Shown here: positions 15,759 to 24,760 of the stretch, piece by piece
Layout of the letters: each line of letters starts with the position of its first letter
Numbering within the stretch: the stretch's first letter is position 1
Assembly: GCA_965368975.1 (NCBI GenBank)
Contig: CBDUPA010000008.1
Coordinates: 61,626-125,625, forward strand
DNA: 64,000 nucleotides
Source: an uncultured bacterium
GTDB lineage: Bacteria; Acidobacteriota; Thermoanaerobaculia; Multivoradales; JAHZIX01
Reading direction: 5' to 3'
Made by a program: the position numbers and the translations under genes
The notes under the pieces: generated by a model
Database searches by the model: none
Told to the model about the DNA's origin: nothing
The model's input: only the letters and a program-made list of their open reading frames with translations

Positions 15759-18700
15759 CTAGAGCTCGATCATCGCTTTCTCGCGCTCCAACTGCAGCAC
15801 GCGTGCGTCCGGATCGACCAGGATGCGCTCGGGCTCGAAGCCGCAGTTCAGCTCGACGGGACTCGTCTGGCCGGCATCGAGCGTGAGCGAAGCTCGGCAC
15901 TCGCGGTAGTCCGGGTCGAGGCTACCGTCCTCCGTGAAGCGGCTGCCCCTGACGGCGGCAACCTCGACCGGCATCGAACCGGTGCCCGTGTTCTCGATCA
16001 CCAAGCGGACGTGCCGCTGGTCACCGCTCTGCTCGACCTCCGCGTCGCGCAGTTCGTAGCGCGGCAGCACGACCTCGTGGAACCACTGCTGGACGAAGGC
16101 GTCGTAGGCTTCGGCATCGGCCGCGTACGGGCGCAGCGTGACGATCAGATCCTGCAACACCGGGTAGTCCGGCCCGTTCTCGTAGGTCAGGATGAACTCC
16201 CGCAGCCCGGCGAGCATCTGTTCACGCCCCAGGTGCTGGTGCAGCATCCAGAAGACCCAGCCGCCCTTGTCGTAGGTGACCGTCGTATCGCCCGGACGCG
16301 TACCGTCGATCTTGACCATGGGCCGTTCCGAGTCGGCGCGACGTGCTTCGCCATAGCGTTCTTCAATGCGCTTGGCGAACTCGATACGGCCGCGTTCGCC
16401 CTTGACCTGGTCGAACAGAAGCAGCGTGGAGTAGTGCGACATACCTTCCGAGAGGATATTGCCGCCCGGACCTTGACCCGGGGTGAGGATGTTGCCCCAC
16501 CACTGGTGTGCCGCCTCGTGGGCAGTGACCATGAAGGCGACCTCGGTCTGCTGTGTGCTACGAGTGAGGAAGCCGATGTTCTCGGAGAAGGTGATGTTGG
16601 TGGCGAAGCCCTGCGCGTACGACGCCAGAGCCGGGAACTCGCTCAGCTTCAAGCGTTGCCACGGGTAGGGGTAGAACCACTCAGAGTAGTAGCGACGCGA
16701 GGCGTCGAGTGCCTCACCCATCTCATCCAAGTTGTATCCGTGACTCGGGTGGTAGTAGATGGCGGTACCCTCTCCCTCGCGCACCTGCCAGCGGCCGGCG
16801 ACGACGTTGAAGATCTTCACAGGGTGATCGCTGACCCACGTCACGGTTCGTTTGCCGTCGGCCACTTGTTCGTCGACCAGCGTGCCGACTGAGTTGAGAG
16901 TGAGCTCTTCCGGGCCTGTGACGGTAATGCGAGTCGTGAAGGGAGTGTCGCTACCGAAGCCCGAGGACAACTGGTCTAGGTAGAAGTCGTCCGGGAACTC
17001 CTTGCTGTCGTATTGGTTCTCGTCGTCGATGCCGAGCTGTTCCTGGTAGCCGAGCACCGGTACGAAGGTTGGCTGGAAGCTGGTCAATACCACGCCTGCG
17101 GGCAGGATGAACTGGCCGAAGCCACCGCCGTTCTTGGTGAAGCCGTCCGGGAACCGACCATGGAAGGCGAAGCCGATGCTCAACTCTTCACCCGGGGCCA
17201 GCGGCTCGGGAGGTGCGAAGACGTAGAGGCCGGCCCGGTCTTCGGGCTCGAAGTCCTGGCCGTTGAGCGTCCACGTGACGTCGCGCCAGTGCGGGCCGCT
17301 GGTCAGTGGGATCTTGGCCAGCGGCTCCTCGCGGTGGTTGTGCAAAAGGTACGTGCCCTCGACCTCGAAGCTGCGATCCTCCGGCATCACTTCCAGGTCG
17401 ACGACCACATCGCTGATCGCCGGTAGCTTGGCGTCCAACCATGTTGCATGGTTCTTGCGCCAGTAGTCCTTGCCCCACTTCTGCGCGGTCTCGCTCTGGA
17501 AGCCGTCGGCGACGCCGCTATAGAGGATGACGCCGAGGACGATCGCAGGCAGTGCGACCAGGCCGAGCTGTACCAGTGGCCGCCGCAGGGCTGCCGGTCG
17601 CAGACGGTGGACGATGCGCGTCGCGTCCCAGTCCCGGCGGTTGAACCAGCGCACGGTCAGGACGGTGAGCAAGACGGTAACGCCGAGATAGAACAGACGG
17701 TTCAGCAGCAGCGGCGTGGCGTTTAGCTGTAGTGCACCCATGTCGCTCCAGCCGACTGTGCCCCACAGGTTCCAGTTGCTGAGCCAGTGGATGTTTCCCT
17801 GGGACTGTTGGTAGCCGGTGAACATCATGGCCGCCAGCGCCACCGTGTAGGTGGTGAAGCGGTTGCGGCTGAGTGCCTGGACGCAAAGGATGAAGGACGT
17901 CCAGAGCAAGAAGGTCGGGATCAGCAGCAGGCCCCAGAGCAGCAGAAAGGGCGTGAGTTCGAAGGGCACCGGGATGTCCCAGACCAGGCGTTGGAAGAGT
18001 ACGCCACCCGCACAGCCGAGTAGCGCTGCGGCCAGGATGACGACACCGACCAGGCTGTTGGCCATGGCCTTACCAAAGAGCAGTGAGGTCGAGCGCACCG
18101 GCGTCGAGAACAAGATCGCATCGAGGCCGGTGGAGTGATCGCGTTGCAGGCTCTCGACGGTGTAGAACATGAGCAGCAGGCACACCAGCAGAGTGATGGT
18201 GTTCATGGAACTCGCAGCCATCTGTCCCGAGGTGAAGAGGAGCGGATTACCGAAGGCACCGATGGCGGTCAGAACGTTGCCCAGAATCTGGATCAGAATC
18301 AGGGGTACGAAGAGATATAGCCCCGGCTGACTGCGCAGCTCGCGCAGCTCAGAACGGGCGACTTGCCAGGCACCAAGCCAGAAGCTGGGAGCCGTCCGCG
18401 CACGTCCGAGGGTGTCGATCGGCTTGCTCGCCGTCACCGGCATCGGCTGGTCGGCGCTGTCCGTTGCCTTCAGAGCCTGCTGGATCTGCTGGTGGGTCAG
18501 CTTGCCGTCGACGGCTCGCAGACTGCGGCTGAAGCGCCAATGCGAGTACGCCACCGCGCCAAGGCCGAGCAGAACTAGCCCGACGCGCTGCAGAATCAGC
18601 AGATTGTCCAGTGGAATGCTGATGGTGTTGTAAAACTCGACGCCACGGTCGACATCCAAGAACGTTTCTTCAAGCCAGCGTGAGCCGGAGGGGTCGAGCA

Positions 18701-19358
18701 TCATCAGGACCCGGTTCCATGCTGGGTCGAGCCAGGTTGGGGACCAGTTCCACAAGAAGAAGACGCTGACCACGATCAGCATCACGGGCAGCACGAAGAC
18801 CAGGATCGGCTTGCGCGTGCGCTCGCCGACGGCGAAGGTACAGCCACCGATGAACAGCACGTAGGGTAGGGTGAAGATCAGTAGTGGTCGCAGGTAGTTG
18901 CCCAGCTCCAGCGGCCCACGGATCTCGGCCGCGTTGGGCGTCGGGATGACATGGAAGTAGAGCAACAAGATGACTGTCTGCAGCAGGAGCACGATGCCAA
19001 AGGTCGCCATGACACCGCTGAACTTGCCCCAGATGTACTCTCCGGGCGTCAGTGGTGTGGCATGCAGGATCTCGCCCACTTTGTTCTCGCCGTCTTCGAT
19101 CACCGAGGTGCCGGAGATTACGGAGACGAAGAAGAGGTGGAAGAGAGTGGTCATCAGGATGGTGTAGAACGTCACCTGGAATTCAGAGGTGATCCACGCT
19201 TTGGTGCCACCCACGGAGGCGTCCCCGGAACTGATGGTGACGTTACCCTGCGCCAGCCCCCAGGTCAGCAGGGTTATCAGGGCCAAGAGCACGTAGAGCA
19301 TGGGGCGCTTGCCCAGGCGCCGCATCTCCTGGCGCATGGTGAGGAAGAAGCGACTCAT
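15759..19358 (-). CDS. ABC-2 type transporter permease fused to C-terminal M1-family (gluzincin) aminopeptidase domain
   Basis: N-terminal ~560 aa polytopic membrane domain. C-terminal domain has HEAAHQWWGN (HEXXH) plus a downstream Glu, typical of aminopeptidase N-like M1 peptidases. 1199 aa. 4-bp overlap with the upstream ABC ATPase gene. Confidence 0.8.
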   Translation of the reverse strand: MSRFFLTMRQEMRRLGKRPMLYVLLALITLLTWGLAQGNVTISSGDASVGGTKAWITSEFQVTFYTILMTTLFHLFFVSVISGTSVIEDGENKVGEILHATPLTPGEYIWGKFSGVMATFGIVLLLQTVILLLYFHVIPTPNAAEIRGPLELGNYLRPLLIFTLPYVLFIGGCTFAVGERTRKPILVFVLPVMLIVVSVFFLWNWSPTWLDPAWNRVLMMLDPSGSRWLEETFLDVDRGVEFYNTISIPLDNLLILQRVGLVLLGLGAVAYSHWRFSRSLRAVDGKLTHQQIQQALKATDSADQPMPVTASKPIDTLGRARTAPSFWLGAWQVARSELRELRSQPGLYLFVPLILIQILGNVLTAIGAFGNPLLFTSGQMAASSMNTITLLVCLLLMFYTVESLQRDHSTGLDAILFSTPVRSTSLLFGKAMANSLVGVVILAAALLGCAGGVLFQRLVWDIPVPFELTPFLLLWGLLLIPTFLLWTSFILCVQALSRNRFTTYTVALAAMMFTGYQQSQGNIHWLSNWNLWGTVGWSDMGALQLNATPLLLNRLFYLGVTVLLTVLTVRWFNRRDWDATRIVHRLRPAALRRPLVQLGLVALPAIVLGVILYSGVADGFQSETAQKWGKDYWRKNHATWLDAKLPAISDVVVDLEVMPEDRSFEVEGTYLLHNHREEPLAKIPLTSGPHWRDVTWTLNGQDFEPEDRAGLYVFAPPEPLAPGEELSIGFAFHGRFPDGFTKNGGGFGQFILPAGVVLTSFQPTFVPVLGYQEQLGIDDENQYDSKEFPDDFYLDQLSSGFGSDTPFTTRITVTGPEELTLNSVGTLVDEQVADGKRTVTWVSDHPVKIFNVVAGRWQVREGEGTAIYYHPSHGYNLDEMGEALDASRRYYSEWFYPYPWQRLKLSEFPALASYAQGFATNITFSENIGFLTRSTQQTEVAFMVTAHEAAHQWWGNILTPGQGPGGNILSEGMSHYSTLLLFDQVKGERGRIEFAKRIEERYGEARRADSERPMVKIDGTRPGDTTVTYDKGGWVFWMLHQHLGREQMLAGLREFILTYENGPDYPVLQDLIVTLRPYAADAEAYDAFVQQWFHEVVLPRYELRDAEVEQSGDQRHVRLVIENTGTGSMPVEVAAVRGSRFTEDGSLDPDYRECRASLTLDAGQTSPVELNCGFEPERILVDPDARVLQLEREKAMIEL

Positions 19359-20314
19359 GCGGCACCTCCCGAGGCCGCCGGTGCCGGTGCGGGCGTCGCT
19401 GCAGACGCGCTCGACGCCGCGGTGAAGTGTTGCGGGGCCGGTAGCTCACCAGTACGGATCATCAGCAGATAGACGTCTTCCAGACTCGGCTGCACCGGCT
19501 CGAAACCGACGGGTACCTGCCGGTCCTCGGCGTAGATGCGCACCTTCTGGCGACCCTCGACCAGCAAGGCCTGCGTCACCGTGTGGGAGGCGGCGAACTT
19601 CTCCAGGTCGGAGCGCTCCAGCCAGCCCTCGTACAGGCGCCCAGCAAGGCACGAACGGGCTTCCGCCGGGGTCGTGTTGGCCAACACCTGACCGGCGCGG
19701 ATGAGCGCGAAGCGCGAGCACAGTGTCGCGACATCTTCGACGATATGGGTCGACAGCAACACCGTACGGCTCTCAGCCAGTTCGGCCAGCAAGCGGTAGA
19801 AGCGCAGCCGCTCTTCCGGGTCGAGACCGGCTGTCGGTTCATCGACGATGATCAGCTTCGGGTCGCCCGCCAGCGCTTGCGCGATCCCCAGGCGCTGACG
19901 CATGCCGCCGGAGTAGCCTTTTACCTTGCGCTTGGCGGCGAACGCCAGGTTGACGCGCTCGAGCAGGTCGGTGACCAGGCTCTTCATGCCGCCCGGAGCC
20001 TCGACGCCCTTGAGCCGCAGGAGATGGGTGAGCATCGCCTCGCCGGTGAGGTTGGGATAGAAGCCGAAGTCCTGCGGCAGGTAGCCGAGCCGAGTCCACA
20101 GCCATTCCGGATCCTGCAGCGTGTCGTGACCGTCCAGGCTGACGCTGCCCGACGTCGGCTCCAGCACGCCGGCGAGGATGCGCATCAGCGTCGTCTTGCC
20201 GGCACCGTTCGGCCCCAGCAAGCCGAACATGCCCTCTGGGATGTCGAGATGGATGCCTTTGAGCGCGGCCACGGGGCCGGGGTAGACCTTCACCAGATCT
20301 TGGATATGAAGCAT
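19355..20314 (-). CDS. ABC transporter ATP-binding protein
   Basis: Walker A GPNGAGKTT, signature LSGGMRQRLGIAQAL, Walker B LIIVDEPTAGLD. AGGAAGGA RBS before ATG 20314. The longer upstream extension is rejected. Confidence 0.85.
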   Translation of the reverse strand: MLHIQDLVKVYPGPVAALKGIHLDIPEGMFGLLGPNGAGKTTLMRILAGVLEPTSGSVSLDGHDTLQDPEWLWTRLGYLPQDFGFYPNLTGEAMLTHLLRLKGVEAPGGMKSLVTDLLERVNLAFAAKRKVKGYSGGMRQRLGIAQALAGDPKLIIVDEPTAGLDPEERLRFYRLLAELAESRTVLLSTHIVEDVATLCSRFALIRAGQVLANTTPAEARSCLAGRLYEGWLERSDLEKFAASHTVTQALLVEGRQKVRIYAEDRQVPVGFEPVQPSLEDVYLLMIRTGELPAPQHFTAASSASAATPAPAPAASGGAA

Positions 20315-20496
20315 GAGGGAGTTCCTTCCTGATTGTCGTCGTGCACGAAAGTTGCCTTGGAGATGGCTGCAGGCTGCAAGTCCGCGAGAGCCCGCCATCA
20401 GTACCTGTACGTTGCCCACCGGCTCCAAGTTACGTGGAAGTTTTCCGTTGTCCGGCTGATGCGGATCGAGCTGGTCCTCGTGCTAGCATCCGCGGC

Positions 20497-20961
20497 ATGG
20501 AAAGAGTCGAAATCTACACCGATGGTGGTGCCGAGCCCAACCCCGGTACCGGTGGCTGGGGTGCCCTTTTGTTGCACCCGACCACTGGGATCCAGCGGGA
20601 GCTCTCGGGCGGTGCCTTCAACACGACGAACAACCGGATGGAAATGACTGCGGCCATCGAAGCGTTAGAAGCTCTGAAGGGGCCGTGCCGTATCGAGCTC
20701 TACACCGATTCGCAGTACCTGCGCCAAGGGATTACCCAGTGGCTGCCCAACTGGGTGAAGAAGGGCTGGAAGAAAAGCGGCGGCGGCAAGGTTAAGAATC
20801 AAGACCTGTGGCAGAAACTGCAGGCCGCGACCGAGCGCCACGAGATTTCGTGGCACTGGGTCAAAGGACATGCCGGCCACGAGTACAACGAGCGTTGCGA
20901 CGCGCTGGCGACCGAGGCCATCCAGGCGCAAAAGAAGGCCGCACGAGGGAGTGGCGGCTGA
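20497..20961 (+). CDS. rnhA: ribonuclease HI
   Basis: MERVEIYTDGGAEPNPGTGGWGALL...TNNRMEMTAAIEALEAL...LYTDSQYLRQGITQWLPNWVKKGWK...WHWVKGHAGHEYNERCDALA. Confidence 0.85.
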   Translation: MERVEIYTDGGAEPNPGTGGWGALLLHPTTGIQRELSGGAFNTTNNRMEMTAAIEALEALKGPCRIELYTDSQYLRQGITQWLPNWVKKGWKKSGGGKVKNQDLWQKLQAATERHEISWHWVKGHAGHEYNERCDALATEAIQAQKKAARGSGG

Positions 20962-20977
20962 ACGAAAGGTGAGGTCG

Positions 20978-22288
20978 ATGATCCAAAGTGAGAAGAACCG
21001 GTTCCTGCAAGCGCTTCGTGGATGGGCGGTTCTGAGTTTGTCGACCGCCTTGTTCGGCTCTGCCCTTCTGACGACTGGCTGCGCGTCCAGTGATTACGTA
21101 CCAGCGCGCACCTCACAGCGCGACATGCGCGCGGCGGTGCAGCGCGCGGGTCTGGCGCCCGACACTGCCGTCCTGCCCGGTGCTCTCACCGACGAAATGC
21201 TGGCCTGGTTGCACGAGACTGTGCCGCCCATGCAGGGTGAAGACAACCAGCTCGAGACGCTGCTCGACCTGATGCTCGACGAGCGCTTCCTGGCCATCCG
21301 CTACCAGAGTGGCTACACGCCGACCGCCGAAGAGGTGTTCGACCAGCGCACGGCCAACTGCCTCGGGTTTACGCACCTGTTCGTCAGCATGTCGCGCGAG
21401 CTGGGCATTCCGGCTTACTTCCTGGATGTCGACCGCATCCAGCGCTTCGAGCGCGACGAGGACCAGAGCCTGGTCATCGCTTCGGGGCACGTCACCGCCG
21501 GCTACGGCATTCCCAGCGAGCGCCTGATCCTCGAGTTCAACGTCGGTCCCGAGGCCGACTACCGGACCGCTCGCAAGGTCGACGACGTGCGGGCGCTGGC
21601 CATGTACTACTCGAACCGCGGTGCCGAACAGCTGCGCGACGGCGATATCGAGCCGGCGCTCGAATGGCTGCGCACCGCCGTTGCCCTCGATCCCGGCCTG
21701 CCCGACGCCTGGATCAACTACGGTGTCGCGCTGCGCCGCTTCGGCGACGAGAGCGCCGCCGAGGAAGCCTATTTCAAGGCGCTGGACGTCGATCCGCATG
21801 CGGTCACCGCGTACCACAACCTGGCTGCCCTGATGCACCAACGCGGTCGCGAGGTCGACGCTCAGGAGCTCCTCCGCGTCGCCGATCATCTCGGTCAGCG
21901 CAACCCCTACAGCTACATCAACCTGGGTGACATGCACCTGCGCCAGGGCGAGATCGAGCAGGCCGAGCGCTTCTATCGCAAAGCACTGAGCCAGTACGGT
22001 GACCTGCCCGACCCGTACGCTGCCCTCGGCACGCTGGCCTTGGTGGTCGACGAGCGTGATCAAGCCCAGCGCTGGCTGCGCCGCGCCCAGCGCCGAGACC
22101 CGCGCAACCCCAGAGTGCTGGCGCTCGATCGTCGACTCAACCCCAGCGGTCTGGATGACCCAGGTAGCCTGGCACGCCTAGTGCCCGCGGAGCGTCAGAT
22201 CGAACGGCCGGCCGGTCCGACCCCCTGTCTGGCCGATCAAGACTGCGAGCAGAGCCCGGATGCGCCGCCGCCTTTCCGGTTGCACTGA
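20978..22288 (+). CDS. lipoprotein with transglutaminase-like cysteine protease domain and TPR repeats
   Basis: Lipobox LLTTGC. CLGFTHLFVSMSRELGIPAYFL with a downstream SGHV (Cys/His of a transglutaminase-like core). C-terminal TPR repeats. RBS AAAGGTGAGG before ATG 20978. Confidence 0.6.
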   Translation: MIQSEKNRFLQALRGWAVLSLSTALFGSALLTTGCASSDYVPARTSQRDMRAAVQRAGLAPDTAVLPGALTDEMLAWLHETVPPMQGEDNQLETLLDLMLDERFLAIRYQSGYTPTAEEVFDQRTANCLGFTHLFVSMSRELGIPAYFLDVDRIQRFERDEDQSLVIASGHVTAGYGIPSERLILEFNVGPEADYRTARKVDDVRALAMYYSNRGAEQLRDGDIEPALEWLRTAVALDPGLPDAWINYGVALRRFGDESAAEEAYFKALDVDPHAVTAYHNLAALMHQRGREVDAQELLRVADHLGQRNPYSYINLGDMHLRQGEIEQAERFYRKALSQYGDLPDPYAALGTLALVVDERDQAQRWLRRAQRRDPRNPRVLALDRRLNPSGLDDPGSLARLVPAERQIERPAGPTPCLADQDCEQSPDAPPPFRLH

Positions 22289-22320
22289 ACCGGATGTGCC
22301 CCAGCGACGAGGACTAGCGC

Positions 22321-24681
22321 TTGCGTGGTGACCCGCGGCGCTGGACAGTGTCTGTCGATACAGGTGGCACCTTCACCGACTGCGTCGCTCGTGACCTGGA
22401 AGGCCGCCGGCATCGTGTCAAAGTCCTGAGCAGTAGCGCCCTGCGGGGGCTCGTGCTGCGGGTCATCAACGCGCGAACTCTGCTTCTCGACGACAGCTGG
22501 CCAGCCGTCTCTCAATTGCTGCGCGGCGGCACCTTCCGGCTGTTGGAAGCTCCCGCAGCGCCCTCTCCCGAGGTCTCCGGAGTCGAGGTGCTGAGCTACC
22601 AACCGGTCGAGGTTGGTGGCAAGAAGGGCGTCGAGGTGCAGCTGGCATCGCCACTGACGCAGGAACTCGAGCCCGGGGCCCGCTGCGAGATCCGCTCGAC
22701 CGACGAGGCCCCCGTGCTGGCCGCCCGCGTCTTGACCGGCACCGCCGCCGACGCTGCGCTGCCGCCGCTGGCCCTGCGTCTTGCCACCACCCGCGGCACC
22801 AACGCCTTGCTCGAACGTCGCGGTGCCCGCTGCCTGCTCTTGATCACGCGCGGCTTCGGTGACTTGCTGCGTATCGGCACGCAGCAGCGCCCGGACCTCT
22901 TTGCGCTGGAAGTGCGCAAGCCCGAGCCCCTGACCACCTGGGTAGTCGAGATCCCCGAACGGCAGGCCGCCGACGGCAGCGTCCTGGAAGCCCTACCCGA
23001 GATGTTCTTCGAGCCCGAGCGGCTGCGTGCTTGGTTGCACGAGCAGGGGGTCGATCTGGAGCAGGTCGAGAGCGCGGCCGTGGCGGTCCTGCACGCGTAC
23101 CGAGAGGCCAGCCCGGAGCGCCGCTGGCGGCAAGCACTGGAGTCGGCAGGCATCCCTCACGTGTCGAACTCCGCTGACCTCGCCCCCCGCCTGGGCCTGC
23201 TGACGCGTACCGAGACTACTGTCGTCGACGCCTACCTGCTGCCCGTCATCCACCGCTATCTCGAACGCGTCGAGGGCGCGCTCGGCGGGAATGCCGACGG
23301 CCAGGCGTCGACCCTGCACGTCATGACCAGCGCTGGTGGTTTGGTGGGAACGGGGCTTGCAGGTGCCAGCCGATTCCGCGCCAAAGACAGCCTTCTCTCC
23401 GGCCCCGCCGGTGGCGTCGTCGGTGCCGCGCGCGCTGGCTGCAGAGTTGGCCTCGACCACGTCATCGCCTTCGATATGGGCGGCACCAGCACCGACGTCG
23501 CGCGCTACAGTGGCGACTTCGAGTACCTGTTCGAACACCAAGTCGGCGACGCCCACCTCGCTGCGCCCGCGCTGGCGATCGAGAGCGTCGCGGCCGGTGG
23601 CGGTTCGATCTGTTCGTTCGACGGTCACCAGCTCAGAGTCGGTCCACAGAGCGCCGGTGCCGACCCCGGTCCCGCCTGCTACGGTGCCGGCGGTACATTG
23701 ACCCTGACCGACTGCAACCTCCTGCTTGGCCGCCTCGATCCGTCACGCTTCGGCATCCCCGTCGACCGAGCCGCTGCCGAGCGGGCCCTCGATGCTGTTC
23801 TCCAGGAGGTGCCAGTCGAATATCGGAAGGGCTCTGCGAGTGCAACGGAGAGCCGCCGAGAAACCCTGCTCTCCGGCTTCCTCGCCATCGCCGACGAACG
23901 CATGGCCGACGCCATCCGCGCCATCTCCGTCCGTCGCGGCTACGATCCTGCCGACCACGTCCTCGTCGCCTTCGGCGGTGCCGGTGCACAGCACGCCTGT
24001 GCCGTTGCCGAGCAGCTGGGCATCACGACGGTGATCGTGCCGCCGGATGCCGGGTTGTTGAGTGCGGTCGGCTTGGAAGTCGCGGTGATCGAGCGCTTCG
24101 CCGAGCGTCAAGTACTGCTGGCGGTCGAGGAAGCGGCGGAGAAGTTGGCGACGTGGTTCGAAGTGCTGGCGGATCAGGCGTTGGCGGACCTGCGGATGGA
24201 GGGGGTGAGTACCGACGAAGCCCAGGTCCGCCGCCGTCTCGCCTTCCTCAGGTTCGCGGGCCAGGAGTCGACCGTGGAACTGGAATTCGGAGCTGGGGCG
24301 TCGCTGGGTGCTGCTGAACTCGAGACTCGCTTCCTCGACGCCTACGAGCAGCTCTACGGTTACCGTCCGGAGAGGCGCAGCATCGAAGTCGAGTCGCTGC
24401 GGGTGGTCGCGTCGTCACCGGCTGAAGAGATCGAGGCTGTGCGCCGGGAAGCGGTGAGCGTCGAGGTACCGGTCAACGCGAGGGCGAAGGCGTACTTCGA
24501 GGGTGCTTGGCAAGACGTTCCGGTCTTAGTGCGTGGTGAGTTGCTGCCTGGACATGCGCTGGAAGGACCGGCACTCGTCGTCGAAGCCCACAGCGCGACC
24601 GTCGTGTTGCCGGGGTGGCGGTTGCGGGTGGTGGGGGAGGGGGAAGAGGGAGCGTCTTTGGTGCTGGAGAGGCGGACCTGA
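22321..24681 (+). CDS. hydantoinase/oxoprolinase family protein (HyuA-like)
   Basis: N-terminal VDTGGTFTDCVAR motif and overall hydantoinase_A-like sequence. TTG/GTG start near 22321-22348. No HyuB partner adjacent. Confidence 0.7.
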   Translation: MRGDPRRWTVSVDTGGTFTDCVARDLEGRRHRVKVLSSSALRGLVLRVINARTLLLDDSWPAVSQLLRGGTFRLLEAPAAPSPEVSGVEVLSYQPVEVGGKKGVEVQLASPLTQELEPGARCEIRSTDEAPVLAARVLTGTAADAALPPLALRLATTRGTNALLERRGARCLLLITRGFGDLLRIGTQQRPDLFALEVRKPEPLTTWVVEIPERQAADGSVLEALPEMFFEPERLRAWLHEQGVDLEQVESAAVAVLHAYREASPERRWRQALESAGIPHVSNSADLAPRLGLLTRTETTVVDAYLLPVIHRYLERVEGALGGNADGQASTLHVMTSAGGLVGTGLAGASRFRAKDSLLSGPAGGVVGAARAGCRVGLDHVIAFDMGGTSTDVARYSGDFEYLFEHQVGDAHLAAPALAIESVAAGGGSICSFDGHQLRVGPQSAGADPGPACYGAGGTLTLTDCNLLLGRLDPSRFGIPVDRAAAERALDAVLQEVPVEYRKGSASATESRRETLLSGFLAIADERMADAIRAISVRRGYDPADHVLVAFGGAGAQHACAVAEQLGITTVIVPPDAGLLSAVGLEVAVIERFAERQVLLAVEEAAEKLATWFEVLADQALADLRMEGVSTDEAQVRRRLAFLRFAGQESTVELEFGAGASLGAAELETRFLDAYEQLYGYRPERRSIEVESLRVVASSPAEEIEAVRREAVSVEVPVNARAKAYFEGAWQDVPVLVRGELLPGHALEGPALVVEAHSATVVLPGWRLRVVGEGEEGASLVLERRT

Positions 24682-24760
24682 AGAACTTGGTCCAGTTGAG
24701 GATTCAGTACCGCCACAGCGGATCCGGTGGGTCCGTGTCGCAATAAGGTCTCTGCCATCC

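Noticed and set aside
15723-16892. 389-aa plus-strand ORF
   Set aside because: Antisense to the M1 aminopeptidase domain (which has an intact HEXXH). No features.
21113-22063. 316-aa minus-strand ORF
   Set aside because: Antisense to the TPR/transglutaminase-like lipoprotein gene.
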